Shown piece after piece: positions 7,503 through 17,704 of a DNA stretch of 64,000 nt. The notes under the pieces are model-generated. The model saw nothing but the letters and a program-made list of their open reading frames with translations. It had not been told where the DNA came from and searched no databases. The translations under genes were made by a program, and so were the position numbers. Numbering within the stretch: position 1 is the first letter of the stretch; every line of letters starts with the position of its first letter. This stretch comes from Sedimentisphaerales bacterium. Its GTDB lineage: Bacteria > Planctomycetota > Phycisphaerae > Sedimentisphaerales > Anaerobacaceae. The stretch lies in the NCBI GenBank assembly GCA_040772485.1, contig JAXGYC010000010.1:1-64000 (forward strand). The letters are read 5' to 3'.

Positions 7503-9878
7503 TCAGCGCCGGCCCGGCGTCAGGCCCCCGATGGGATGGCCGCGTTCGATGTCGTCGATGTAGATCAGGCCGGAACCGCCTGGGACAGGATTCGCCCGGT
7601 CACCCACGCCAAGATAGATCGCCTGGACGGCGGACAACCCGATGTCTCCGAAGGCCGAGTATGGAATCGCCCACTCCTGCCAGGCGGCGGAGGTAAGGGC
7701 GGCGGGGTCCGGATGCGTCGCCACCGCGATATGCCCGCCTGTGTCCTCGACGGCAATGTAGAGCGAGCCGGGATCGTTGTCCGGATGCCCGCGCACGAAC
7801 AGCCGCAACGCATCGGCGCCGTGATCCTGCCACTTCTGCGCGATCGCCATGCTCCGCACCGCCTCCGAGTAGAACGGCGATTCGCTGTTGTTGTACGCAA
7901 AGGGCATGGACTGGCCTCCGCTATGGACGATCACCTTCTCGGCATAAGGCGGCTCCATATAACCCACGAGGGAACCGGTCCCGTTCTCCCAGCCGTCCCG
8001 CCATATCTCGTAGATGCGCCGGCCGGACTCGTCCGTGTAGCTTTCGAAATCGTCGACGACCGCATATTCGCGAGTGGTGAAGGTCCAGATATCCCCCTGC
8101 CAGAGGCTGGGACTCCTGGCCTCATTGCGTTCGTCGATCCTCCAGTAGTGGACCGTTCCAAAGTTCAACGCCCCAAGAGGATACTCGTTTACCACAACCG
8201 AGTTCAAAAACGCCGCACCGGTGGCGACCATCGGAGCGCTCGGGTTGAAGTGAACATCGTGAAAGGCCGCCTCGCGGCCTGCGCTCCAGTGCAGCATCAG
8301 ATCCACATCGACGCCGGATGCTCCATCGGCCGGTCGGGGGGCGCGCGCCCGCACGGGAATCTGAAGGAAACGGACCTCGCTAAGGCCGTATTGTCCCGTC
8401 ATACCCCACGTGCTGTGGACGGTCAGTCTGACGTACTTCGCCACGATCCCTCCCATAGCAACCGTCGTATTGGCGACGTAATCGGGTGCGCCTGTCGCCT
8501 GCGCCAGTTCGACGTCCTTCCATGCGGTCCACGCGACACCGTCTGTAGAGTACTCGACGGTCACATCCTTGAGCCCGCAACCAAGACCCGATTCGGATGG
8601 ATCGTTGTAGTTCCAGATGAGCAGCTCGTGCAATTTGCAGGGCGTGTCGAAGCGATATTGCAGCCATACCGGATCGTTTCCATTCGCAGCGGCCAGCCAC
8701 ATGTCACCGGAAGCGATGGAATGCTCGCCATCCTCGCTGAGCCCGGACCCATTAACGGTGTTGACCGGTCCTGCCCCGTCGTTCGAAATGGCGTTGGTGG
8801 TCCCCACGACCTCTCCTATGGGGATCGCATACGCCTCGACCGTGAAGCGCCACAGGTTGCCCTTATAGATGAAACTGTCAAAGGCATTGACCTCGTCGAC
8901 TCGCCAGTAGTACGTCTGCCCCAGGTCCAGACTGCTGTTGAAGCTGTACGTGGTCGTGCTCCGTCCTTTACTGAGAAGCACGTTTCTGGGATTGGTCCGG
9001 CTCGCACTGTTTACATCGTCGGCGACGGTGCCGAAGTACAGATCGTGCGTCGTGGCGAACAGGCCCGCCTTCCAGCTCAGAGTCACATCCGGCGGCACGT
9101 CCGTCGCACCGTCGGCCGGCTGCGGGGCCAGACTGCATCCGACGTTGGCACGCATGATCTGCCAGATTTCCACCTGACTGATGGCGCGATCGTAGATTCG
9201 CACCTCGTCGATGAGGCCGTCCCAGGCGCAGTCGGAACAGCCGTGACCCGAGCCGATCAGGACGGGCAACCCGTTGTCGCTGAACTGGCTGTAGGGGACA
9301 TCGATGACGGTCTCAGCCCGCAACATGCCGTCGACGTAGATCTCAAGAGCCTCACCCGGCCGATAGATGCCGGTGACATGGACCCACCGATCCGTCGGCA
9401 ACGGCTGTGTGTCATCAACGCGGACAATGTCCGAAGCCCCCGCGGCGACCTGAAACGTCGCCGCGTGTGCCCCGCCGTCGGGACCGGCTTCTATGCTAAG
9501 ATTCCACGAGCCGCTGTCGATGTCCCCCTGTTTGCTGACGATGCGCCCGTTGTTCTGATTCGACCCATGGAGAAAGACCCAGGCGGTCGCGGTCATCGGC
9601 CCGGTGATCTGCAAGTCCGCAGAGTCGCCCGCGTCCACGTAGGAGTCCGCCTGGCCAGGGAAGCGCAGGGCGGCGCCGGCCATGGCGTACCGATCGGGCA
9701 CCGGATTCACGTTCCCGACAATCGTCCCGTTGTTGCCGTTCCGGCTGGCGTCGGTCGCGTCGCCGTCCAGCGGCCAGTAGCCCGCCAATCCCGCCTGAAT
9801 GTCGGCGCGAGCCACCGGCAGCAACATGATGACTATGAGGGCAGCCGCAAACACCGTGGAAACCACTCTCTTGGACAT
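7503..9878 (-). CDS. Secreted LamG-like jellyroll + F5/8-type domain protein
   Basis: GGAGG RBS, signal peptide, GLAGYWPLDG...WVHV...GLIDEVRIYDRAI LamG pattern, repeated PxPADGA modules. Confidence 0.85.
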   Translation of the reverse strand: MSKRVVSTVFAAALIVIMLLPVARADIQAGLAGYWPLDGDATDASRNGNNGTIVGNVNPVPDRYAMAGAALRFPGQADSYVDAGDSADLQITGPMTATAWVFLHGSNQNNGRIVSKQGDIDSGSWNLSIEAGPDGGAHAATFQVAAGASDIVRVDDTQPLPTDRWVHVTGIYRPGEALEIYVDGMLRAETVIDVPYSQFSDNGLPVLIGSGHGCSDCAWDGLIDEVRIYDRAISQVEIWQIMRANVGCSLAPQPADGATDVPPDVTLSWKAGLFATTHDLYFGTVADDVNSASRTNPRNVLLSKGRSTTTYSFNSSLDLGQTYYWRVDEVNAFDSFIYKGNLWRFTVEAYAIPIGEVVGTTNAISNDGAGPVNTVNGSGLSEDGEHSIASGDMWLAAANGNDPVWLQYRFDTPCKLHELLIWNYNDPSESGLGCGLKDVTVEYSTDGVAWTAWKDVELAQATGAPDYVANTTVAMGGIVAKYVRLTVHSTWGMTGQYGLSEVRFLQIPVRARAPRPADGASGVDVDLMLHWSAGREAAFHDVHFNPSAPMVATGAAFLNSVVVNEYPLGALNFGTVHYWRIDERNEARSPSLWQGDIWTFTTREYAVVDDFESYTDESGRRIYEIWRDGWENGTGSLVGYMEPPYAEKVIVHSGGQSMPFAYNNSESPFYSEAVRSMAIAQKWQDHGADALRLFVRGHPDNDPGSLYIAVEDTGGHIAVATHPDPAALTSAAWQEWAIPYSAFGDIGLSAVQAIYLGVGDRANPVPGGSGLIYIDDIERGHPIGGLTPGRR

Positions 9879-10091
9879 GTCCGCACCTCCATACGAATGT
9901 ACCCGCCGAACGGGCACCTTCGATCCGTTCATCCGGGCCAGGCCGGGATTCCCCTTGGACCTCACAACCGGCGCTCCCGCACACCACCTGCAATGATACC
10001 ACAATGGCCGTTCGATCTCAATGCTTGAGGTCATCAGAAGACTGACCGGGTGCCGTGGGCGTGCTGTGATGTATTGGGCTTGTGAGTCGTC

Positions 10092-10161
10092 TCGGTCCCT
10101 TGGGTTTCTTTGGTCTTTCTTGGGCCAAAAGGACCAAAGAGACCCAAAGGACCTAAGAGAC
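10092..10161. repeat. Imperfect palindrome built from 9-bp units
   Basis: GGTCCCTTG/GGTTTCTTT/GGTCTTTCT versus GGACCAAAG/AGACCCAAA/GGACCTAAG. Confidence 0.6.
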
Positions 10162-10208
10162 GTCGCCGGGAGCTACGTCCTCATCGTTCAGGGCCCGGCT
10201 GCAAGGGC

Positions 10209-12518
10209 CTATGTGCCTTTGGCGCCAGCGGGCGCCAGTTGGGCGAGCAATTCAATCGCCGCATCGGCCATCCGTTCGCCACCGCCCGGCGCGACCCGCG
10301 AGTTGACCGTCTCGTAGCTGCCTTCGGCGAACGCCTTGCGAGTCGGGATGTAGCCCGGGGCATCCTGGCACAACTCGATGACCAGCGTGGTGGCGAACGG
10401 GCTGGCCTGCTTGATCGCCAGACCCAAATCGACGAAGACCTCGCCCGGCAGACCGACCACGGCGATCTCGTCGCTGAGCCGGAAGACCTGGACCTCCAGC
10501 GGCAGCGTGGGACCGCCCCGCCACTGGAGAGCGAGAATCTTGTACGCGCGGACCTGGTCGAGGAACGGAAGCTCCTGGGTGCCGACTTTGTGGATGTCGC
10601 GTCGGGCCTGCTCGATCTCGTCGGCGGTGAACGTCTGCAACGGCGCCTCGACGACCGCCCGCGCAACGGCCAGCGACGGGGCCTTGGCAGCCTTCAGGCC
10701 CGCCAGCGCATCGACGACGGTCTGCGCCAGCGTGCGGCCAATCTCGTCGGTCTTCAGACGCTCCTGGCGAGTGACGTCGATGTGATTGATGTCGCCACAG
10801 GTGCCCGTGCCGAAAAGCAGCGTGAACTCGCCGCCCAGCGTCTGCCGCAATTCCTGCTCCAGATAGTACGGATAATCGGCGGCGTACTGCGTGCCCCCTA
10901 CGGTGTCCAGGTGCAGGGCGAAATTGACCAAGCCGGCCAGGGCTTCGTTGCGGTCGGCCGTACGGAACAGGACGACGCTGACCGATGGATCGATCGGGCC
11001 GGCGGCGCGAACGATGTCCGGATTCAGCACGCCGGGATTAAACCGCACGGTCCCATCCTTCATGTGAAAGCGGCGGTTGAAGGAAAGCCCCTGCTGCTGA
11101 GCAATGCCGGCCTCCACGCGCACCGGACGGACCGCTGCGTCGGCCTGGCGGATCGCCTGCACGATACGTTCCGCCAACATCGCTGAATAGTCCACGCTCT
11201 CGCAGGGGTCCTGCCCGCTCTTGGCCAAGGCCTGTTCGTGGAAATGATTGCGAAGAGTGCCCCAGTAGAGCGGTCCGGTATGGCTATGTGTCGCTGCCAG
11301 GAGGATGTTCGCGGCAGGAATGCCGGTCACGGATTCGGCCCGCTGACGTGCCGCCCTGGACACATCGGGAGACAACCCGATGATGTCGCAGAAGACCATG
11401 GCGGCCTTCGTAGCGCCCTGGCGCATCACGATTGCCTTGGCGTGGAGCGGGTTGGACACGCCATCGCTGAGGCGCTCGTGGAAGTAGCCACTCATGCGAT
11501 AGCCCAGAGGCGGCGTAATGTCCGCGATGCTCACTCCAGCCTCCAACGAGTCGCGGCGTGTGGCATGGTCGGCCCGTTGCGACTTCTGCCCGGTGAGTTC
11601 TTCGAGGAAGCGACGCGCCTTTTTGGCCTCTTCGAGCGTGTGCGGCAGATCACCCGGGTCGAGACATTCGACGACCAGAGGCCCGCCTTCGAATCCGCCG
11701 GCGTTCAGCAGGGCAAAGACGACACGGAAATCGACCTGCCCCGTGCCCGGCGTCACCAGGACGTCCTTCGGGTGGCGATAGTCTTTCACGCACATGCCGG
11801 TGACAAGGCCGTTCACCGACGGCGCATCTACCACCGGGCTCAGCTCGCCGTTGGAGTAATAGTAGATATTGCCCGGATCGTACCAGATGCGGAAGTTCTT
11901 GTGGCCGATCGACTCGATGGTCCCGCGACACTGCGGGCCCGTGGCATTGAGCCCACCGTGCGGCTTGATGCTGATACCGATGCCCCGCTCGGCCGCATAG
12001 TCGCAGCATTCGGCAATGGCCTTGTAGTAGGCGTCGTAGAGCTTGCGGTCGCCGGTGCCGCCCATGAGCAGGTTCGTCGAACCGCAGGCGGCGCAATTGT
12101 CGATCAGCTTCCGGAGTCCCTCGATGCCCGCCTCCAGCGACCGGGCCACCGGGATGTCCCCTCCGTAGACCGAAACCACCTTCAGACCGCGACGCCGGAC
12201 CTCGTCCCCGACGTGCAACGCCTCTTCGATCGGCGTGGCCACCGAGATCACCAGGTGCGTCTCGGACTTCGTCGTCATCAGCCCGACATACTCGTACCCC
12301 GCTTCGGCAATCGCGTCCAATGCCACGCGGTAGTCGTACTGGTCCCACGGGCGTGTGTAGCAGCCGATCTGCCAGCGGGGCTTGTTCGTCTGTGCGTGCA
12401 GGACCTCGACGTTGGCCAGCGTCCAGCCTGCCGCGCCGATCTGGACCGCCCGAGTCAGAAACCCACGACGCGAAAGCGTGTCGATCGACGGATTCTCATT
12501 CTGTCTGCGTGTCTTCAT
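10209..12518 (-). CDS. Fusion protein: xylose-isomerase-like TIM barrel + neutral/alkaline ceramidase-like domain, Tat signal
   Basis: SRRGFL; KPHGG, WYDPGN, CVKD; then ADITPP, ATHSHTGP, NFALH, GTCGDIN, GLPGEVF. Confidence 0.85.
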   Translation of the reverse strand: MKTRRQNENPSIDTLSRRGFLTRAVQIGAAGWTLANVEVLHAQTNKPRWQIGCYTRPWDQYDYRVALDAIAEAGYEYVGLMTTKSETHLVISVATPIEEALHVGDEVRRRGLKVVSVYGGDIPVARSLEAGIEGLRKLIDNCAACGSTNLLMGGTGDRKLYDAYYKAIAECCDYAAERGIGISIKPHGGLNATGPQCRGTIESIGHKNFRIWYDPGNIYYYSNGELSPVVDAPSVNGLVTGMCVKDYRHPKDVLVTPGTGQVDFRVVFALLNAGGFEGGPLVVECLDPGDLPHTLEEAKKARRFLEELTGQKSQRADHATRRDSLEAGVSIADITPPLGYRMSGYFHERLSDGVSNPLHAKAIVMRQGATKAAMVFCDIIGLSPDVSRAARQRAESVTGIPAANILLAATHSHTGPLYWGTLRNHFHEQALAKSGQDPCESVDYSAMLAERIVQAIRQADAAVRPVRVEAGIAQQQGLSFNRRFHMKDGTVRFNPGVLNPDIVRAAGPIDPSVSVVLFRTADRNEALAGLVNFALHLDTVGGTQYAADYPYYLEQELRQTLGGEFTLLFGTGTCGDINHIDVTRQERLKTDEIGRTLAQTVVDALAGLKAAKAPSLAVARAVVEAPLQTFTADEIEQARRDIHKVGTQELPFLDQVRAYKILALQWRGGPTLPLEVQVFRLSDEIAVVGLPGEVFVDLGLAIKQASPFATTLVIELCQDAPGYIPTRKAFAEGSYETVNSRVAPGGGERMADAAIELLAQLAPAGAKGT

Positions 12519-12541
12519 AGTCTCATACTCTCCAGAGAAAA

Positions 12542-13792
12542 TCACCCTTCGCGGATTTCACGCTTCTGCGGGTCGTAAATCATGCGTTTGCCGGTGTCGA
12601 AGGCGCGAACAGCCATCAGGCAGGCGACCGCATGTTGATATCCGGCGTCGATCGACGCGTTCGGCGTCTGCCGCGACCGCAGGCACTGGAGCCAGTTGAG
12701 GAAGTGCTCCGGCTGCGGCACGTCCTCGACGGGATTGCGGCCCCGGATCTCGCCCATGCGTTTGCCGCCGCCTTCGGCGCTCAGGACGGGCGCAGTCCAG
12801 GTCACCATGTCCAGCACGCCCTGGTCCCCGAAGATCTTGAAGCTGTTGCCGCTGCCGTTGCCGAAGTTGGTCGAGTAGCTGACCATGAAGCCCTCGGGAT
12901 AGATCCAGAGCGCCTGAACGTGGTCGGGACAGGTGAACTTGTGCTCGTCCTTCCAGACGAAGGTTCCGCCCAGGCTGACGCAGCTCGTGGGGAAGGTGGC
13001 GCCGGTGATGTAGTGGACCAGGTCGATGAAATGGCTGCCGAGCCCACAGACGGGACCGTCGGAGAAATCGCGATAGCCATACCAGCCGGAGTAGAGCACC
13101 GGATCGAAAGGCCGCGAAGGCCGGTCCAGCAGGAACTCCTTCCAGTCCACGTCCTGCTCCTTCACATCCTTGACGTAAGAATACCAGTAGGGTCGTTCGG
13201 CGTTACGGCACTGCTCGATTCGCCCCACGGCGCCGAGAACGCCCGAGCGGTACACTTTCCGGCAGCCGGCAAAGCTCGGCAGGCTGCGCAACTGAGTACC
13301 GACCTGGGCGACAATCTTGGCCTTCTTGACGGCGTCGTACGCATCGCACAGCCGGTCCATGCGCATCGCCAGCGGCTTCTCGCAGTAGACATCCTTGCCG
13401 GCGTCGGCAACCGCCTTGAGGTGGGTAGTGTGCTGATGGTCGCAGGAGGCGATCATCACGGCGTCGACGTCGTCGAGTGCGACCAGATCGCGGTATGAGA
13501 CGAACTGCCGGGCCGGCCGGCCGTACCACTCGGCAGCCTGGGCCGACGCGACCTCGCGGCGGACGCGCCAGGGATCGCAAACCGCGGTGATCTCGATATT
13601 CTGCTCCTTGGCGTAGGCGTGAACGCCCTTCATGTGCGCGTTGACGCCGCGGTCGCCGCAACCGATGATCCCGATGGAGATGCGGTCGTTGGCGCCGACG
13701 ATGCGGGAATAGCTCGCGGCCGGGAAGGCCAGGGCGGCGCCTCCAACCACGCTGCTTTTCAGGAATGTGCGACGAGAGAGGGACTGCTTCAT
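12542..13792 (-). CDS. Gfo/Idh/MocA family oxidoreductase with Tat signal
   Basis: SRRTFLK; IGCGDRG; VYCEKP; GAAGGAGG RBS. Confidence 0.92.
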   Translation of the reverse strand: MKQSLSRRTFLKSSVVGGAALAFPAASYSRIVGANDRISIGIIGCGDRGVNAHMKGVHAYAKEQNIEITAVCDPWRVRREVASAQAAEWYGRPARQFVSYRDLVALDDVDAVMIASCDHQHTTHLKAVADAGKDVYCEKPLAMRMDRLCDAYDAVKKAKIVAQVGTQLRSLPSFAGCRKVYRSGVLGAVGRIEQCRNAERPYWYSYVKDVKEQDVDWKEFLLDRPSRPFDPVLYSGWYGYRDFSDGPVCGLGSHFIDLVHYITGATFPTSCVSLGGTFVWKDEHKFTCPDHVQALWIYPEGFMVSYSTNFGNGSGNSFKIFGDQGVLDMVTWTAPVLSAEGGGKRMGEIRGRNPVEDVPQPEHFLNWLQCLRSRQTPNASIDAGYQHAVACLMAVRAFDTGKRMIYDPQKREIREG

Positions 13793-13885
13793 GTTCGTGC
13801 CTCCTTCAGGGCCGGGCAGGCCGCGACGGCGGTCCCGCCTGTCACATGGACACTGTTTTGAGCACTGCACATACGAACCGCCGCG

Positions 13886-13914
13886 ATTATACCCGGTCCC
13901 GCTGGCGGCGACAA
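13886..13914 (-). promoter_or_regulatory. sigma70-type promoter of the oxidoreductase operon
   Basis: TTGTCG-17-TATAAT. Confidence 0.6.
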
Positions 13915-13941
13915 TCTCCGATGATTCCGGGCCCAAGCATG

Positions 13942-13970
13942 TTGATCCGGGCGGACCGAGTTGTTAGAAT
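13942..13970 (+). promoter_or_regulatory. sigma70-type promoter of the lamin-tail/CotH gene
   Basis: TTGATC-17-TAGAAT with extended TG. Confidence 0.65.
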
Positions 13971-14059
13971 AGGGTCTGTGAGGTGTTCCGGCCTGCGTGC
14001 AGCGTGCGAGAAGGCGGAAAGGCGGATGGTTAGTGACCATTTCAATGAGGATCAAGACA

Positions 14060-17000
14060 ATGCGCTCTCCTTTGCGAATTGCCCTTGCTGCGATGGCGGC
14101 GGTCCTATCTCTTGGTGGCCTGGGCGCGGCGGGCGCCTCCGTGCGGATCAACGAGATCATGGCGGCCAATAGCAGCACCATCAAGGACCCCCAGAACCAG
14201 TACGATGACTGGATCGAGATCCACAACTATGGGGATGCTCCCTTCAACTTGGCAGGCATGTATCTGAGCGATGACGCCGATGAACCGGCCAAGTGGCGGA
14301 TTCCCGCGGACGCTCCGGCCGCGACGACAATCGAGGCCGGCGGGTTCCTGATCGTATGGGCCGACGCAGACACGGCCGATCCCGGGCTTCACGCCGGCTT
14401 CAAGCTGAGCGTCGAACAGGGAGAGGTGCTCCTCGTCAAAGGCGACGGCACGACTCTGGTCGACCGCATCGATTACCCCGAGCAGACTCCCGACATCTCA
14501 TACGGCCGGTTGCCCGACGCCGTGGAGGACTGGCGGTTCATGGGCACACCGACCCCCGGCACTGCCAACAGCGAGGCCTATCTGGGCGTCGTGGCCGACA
14601 CGAAGTTCAGCCGTGATCGCGGCTTCTACGAGGAACCGTTCGAAGTGACGCTGTCGTGCAAGACACCGGACGCGGTCATCTACTACTCTCTCGACGGCAG
14701 CGAGCCGATCATCCAGAGAGGACGCGCCACCTTCGGCCAGATCTACAGAGAGCCGATTCGGATCACCGCGACGACCTGCCTGCGCGCCCAGGCAACCAAG
14801 GCCGGCTGGCAGTCGAGCAACATCGACACCCAGAGCTACATCTTCCTCGACAACGTCGTCACGCAGCCGATGTACATCGCCGGCTTTCCCGCGATGTGGG
14901 GTTCAACCGGGGCCGACTATCAGATGGACCCCCGCGTGGTCAACAACCCGCTCTATCGCGATGAGCTGATCGACGATCTCAAGGCGATCGACTCGCTGTC
15001 GATCGTGATGAGCGTGGACGATCTCTTCGGTCAAAACGGAATCTATTCGAATCCTAACGCCCAGGGAGATCGCTCAGAGCGTCCAGCGTCCGTGGAACTC
15101 ATCCGGCCCGACAGCAGCGATGGATTCCACGTCAACTGCGCCGCCCGCATCTATGGAGACGTGGGGCGTCGCGAGGACAAGAAATCGTTCCGGCTCCTTT
15201 TCAAAGGGATCTACGGCGCCGCCAAGCTGAAGTATCCATTGTTCGGTCCTGAGGCCACGGACGAGTTCGATTCGCTCATCCTGCGGGCCGAGTTCAATGA
15301 TGGATGGCAATGGAGCGGCGCCCCGGGCCAGCCTCAGTACGCCCGCGACGAGTTCATGCGTCGCACGCAACTGGCCCTGGGCGCGATGGGCTCACACGGG
15401 ACCCACGTCCATCTTTACCTCAACGGCGTGTACTGGGGCCTGTACAACCTGGTGGAACGGCCGGACGCGGGCTTCGGGGCCGCCTACTTCGACTGCGACA
15501 GCGACGAATGGGACGGTTTGAACTCCGGCGCGCCCACGAATGCCGGCAGCGACGCCGCCCGCAGCACGCGTGCGACGAACGCCTGGTACACGATGATGGC
15601 GCTGGCCCAAGATGTGGCAAGCGCATCCACAGAAGAGGAACGAACGGCAGCGTACTACGTCCTTCAGGGCAAGTACGCGGACGGAACCGACGATCCCGAG
15701 ACAACCTCGTACGTGGACATCGACCATTATATCGACTACATGATCGCCAATCTCTACGGGGGCAACAGCGACTGGCCACACAAGAACTACTACGTCGGAC
15801 GGGAGAACACGCCCGACAGCACGGGTTTCAAGTTCTTCACGTGGGACGCCGAGTGGACGCTCAATCTGGGTTGCAGCATCTACACGAATCAAATCGGCAA
15901 TGGCAGCGGCGTCGCGGCCCCGTTCCAGTACCTGCGTGCCAGCGGGGAATTCCGCCTGCGATTTGCCGACCGCGTCCACAGGGCCTTCTTCAACCAGGGA
16001 CCTCTGTACGTCGATCCGGGCAATCCCGCCTGGGACCCGGCTCACCCCGAGCGGAACGCGCCGGCCGCAACGTACATGGGGATCATCGACGTGATCGAAG
16101 GCCCGATCGCCGCCGAATCCGCCCGGTGGGGAGACCAGCACCGCTCCAGTCCCTACACACGAGAAGTCGAGTGGCGCAACGAGTTGAACAGCCTTCTGAC
16201 CGGCTGGTTCCCGCAGCGCTCGCGCATCGCACTGGATCAGTTCCGCAGCGCCGGTCTGTATCCGAACGTAGCGGCTCCGGTCTTTCATATCAATGGCGCC
16301 TATCAGCACGGCGGACGAGCCACGACCGGTGACATGCTGACCATCAGCAGCGCCGCAGGCACGATCTGGTACACTGTGGACGGCAGCGATCCGCGAAACC
16401 CCAACCAAGGCGTACCGCAGGGCGGCACGGGCGTTCTCGTGCCGGAAGAGGCCCCCAAACGCGTGCTCGTACCGACCGGACCGATCGACGAGACCTGGCT
16501 CAGCGACGTCGATTTCGACGATTCGGACTGGATCGACGGGGCCGGAGGCGTCGGTTTCGAGCGGAGCACGGGTTACGAGGCGTTCTTCGACATCGACGTG
16601 CAGGAGGCGATGTACGCCACCAACGCCAGTTGCTGCATCCGTATTCCCTTCGTCGTCGACCGCGATTTGTCTTCCTCCTCAGGTCTGCTGCTCCGCATCC
16701 GCTACGACGACGGCTTCGTCGCCTACCTCAACGGCGTCGAAATCGCCCGAAGGAACTGTGAGGGCGAACCAACCTGGAACTCGTCTGCGGCGGCATACAA
16801 CTCCGACATCGTCGCGATCGAGCTTGAGAACATCGCCCTCGCGGATGCAACGGACCTGCTCCGACCGGGCGACAATCTCCTGGCCATCCATGGACTCAAC
16901 GAAGGGGTGACAAGCTCCGACTTCCTGATTTCGGCCATGCTCGTCGTCGGCCAGAGTGTTCCCGGGGGCGGTGGCGACGTCCGTGCCACGGCGACCGCCT

Positions 17001-17626
17001 ACGCCGCTCCGATCCCACTGACGCAGAGCGTTCACGTCAAGGCCCGGGCGTATTCCGGAACCACGTGGAGCGCCCTGAATGAGGCGACCTACGCCGTGGG
17101 CCCGGTGGCCGAGAGCCTGCGGATCAGCGAGATCATGTATCACCCAACCGATCCCAACACCGAATACATCGAGCTGACCAATGTCGGCCCCGAGACCATC
17201 AATCTCAACCTCGTCCGGTTCGCTGACGGCATCGAGTTTGGGTTTGCGTCCAGCGATCTGTCGCCGGGCAGCTACGTCCTCATCGTTCAGGACACGGCCG
17301 CCTTTGAGAACCGCTATGGGCAAGGCCTCCCCATCGCCGGGCAGTACACGGGCAACCTGAGCAACGCAGGCGAGCGCATCGTCTTACAGGACGCGATAGG
17401 CACAACCATCCACGATTTTGAGTTCGACGACAGGTGGTATGATGTCCCCGACGGGCGGGGCTTCTCGCTCACCGTCAGAGATCCGGCGACGTCCGCCCCG
17501 GATTCCCTGGGCCAGGAGGGCGCATGGCGCCCCAGCGCCGACGCAGGCGGCTCCCCCGGTTTCGACGACACGGGTGAAGGCGCTGCCTCTCCAACGCACC
17601 TGCTGCGCGGGGCGGAATTGCGTTGA
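14060..17626 (+). CDS. Secreted lamin-tail-domain / CotH-kinase-like / Fn3-associated multidomain protein
   Basis: INEIMAAN..DWIEIHN (LTD), IYYSLDGSEP, YWGLYNLVER..DWPHKN..WDAE (CotH-like); start 14045 also possible. Confidence 0.85.
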   Translation: MRSPLRIALAAMAAVLSLGGLGAAGASVRINEIMAANSSTIKDPQNQYDDWIEIHNYGDAPFNLAGMYLSDDADEPAKWRIPADAPAATTIEAGGFLIVWADADTADPGLHAGFKLSVEQGEVLLVKGDGTTLVDRIDYPEQTPDISYGRLPDAVEDWRFMGTPTPGTANSEAYLGVVADTKFSRDRGFYEEPFEVTLSCKTPDAVIYYSLDGSEPIIQRGRATFGQIYREPIRITATTCLRAQATKAGWQSSNIDTQSYIFLDNVVTQPMYIAGFPAMWGSTGADYQMDPRVVNNPLYRDELIDDLKAIDSLSIVMSVDDLFGQNGIYSNPNAQGDRSERPASVELIRPDSSDGFHVNCAARIYGDVGRREDKKSFRLLFKGIYGAAKLKYPLFGPEATDEFDSLILRAEFNDGWQWSGAPGQPQYARDEFMRRTQLALGAMGSHGTHVHLYLNGVYWGLYNLVERPDAGFGAAYFDCDSDEWDGLNSGAPTNAGSDAARSTRATNAWYTMMALAQDVASASTEEERTAAYYVLQGKYADGTDDPETTSYVDIDHYIDYMIANLYGGNSDWPHKNYYVGRENTPDSTGFKFFTWDAEWTLNLGCSIYTNQIGNGSGVAAPFQYLRASGEFRLRFADRVHRAFFNQGPLYVDPGNPAWDPAHPERNAPAATYMGIIDVIEGPIAAESARWGDQHRSSPYTREVEWRNELNSLLTGWFPQRSRIALDQFRSAGLYPNVAAPVFHINGAYQHGGRATTGDMLTISSAAGTIWYTVDGSDPRNPNQGVPQGGTGVLVPEEAPKRVLVPTGPIDETWLSDVDFDDSDWIDGAGGVGFERSTGYEAFFDIDVQEAMYATNASCCIRIPFVVDRDLSSSSGLLLRIRYDDGFVAYLNGVEIARRNCEGEPTWNSSAAAYNSDIVAIELENIALADATDLLRPGDNLLAIHGLNEGVTSSDFLISAMLVVGQSVPGGGGDVRATATAYAAPIPLTQSVHVKARAYSGTTWSALNEATYAVGPVAESLRISEIMYHPTDPNTEYIELTNVGPETINLNLVRFADGIEFGFASSDLSPGSYVLIVQDTAAFENRYGQGLPIAGQYTGNLSNAGERIVLQDAIGTTIHDFEFDDRWYDVPDGRGFSLTVRDPATSAPDSLGQEGAWRPSADAGGSPGFDDTGEGAASPTHLLRGAELR

Positions 17627-17660
17627 CAAAACAGGGAGATCCGGGTATCTCTAACGTTAT
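17623..17660 (+). promoter_or_regulatory. Promoter with candidate LacI-family operator
   Basis: TTGACA at 17623, weak -10, palindrome TAACGTTA at 17652-17659. Confidence 0.45.
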
Positions 17661-17704
17661 ATCACACGTTCGATCAAGCCCTTTCCACGAGAAGCGGCGG
17701 GCCT

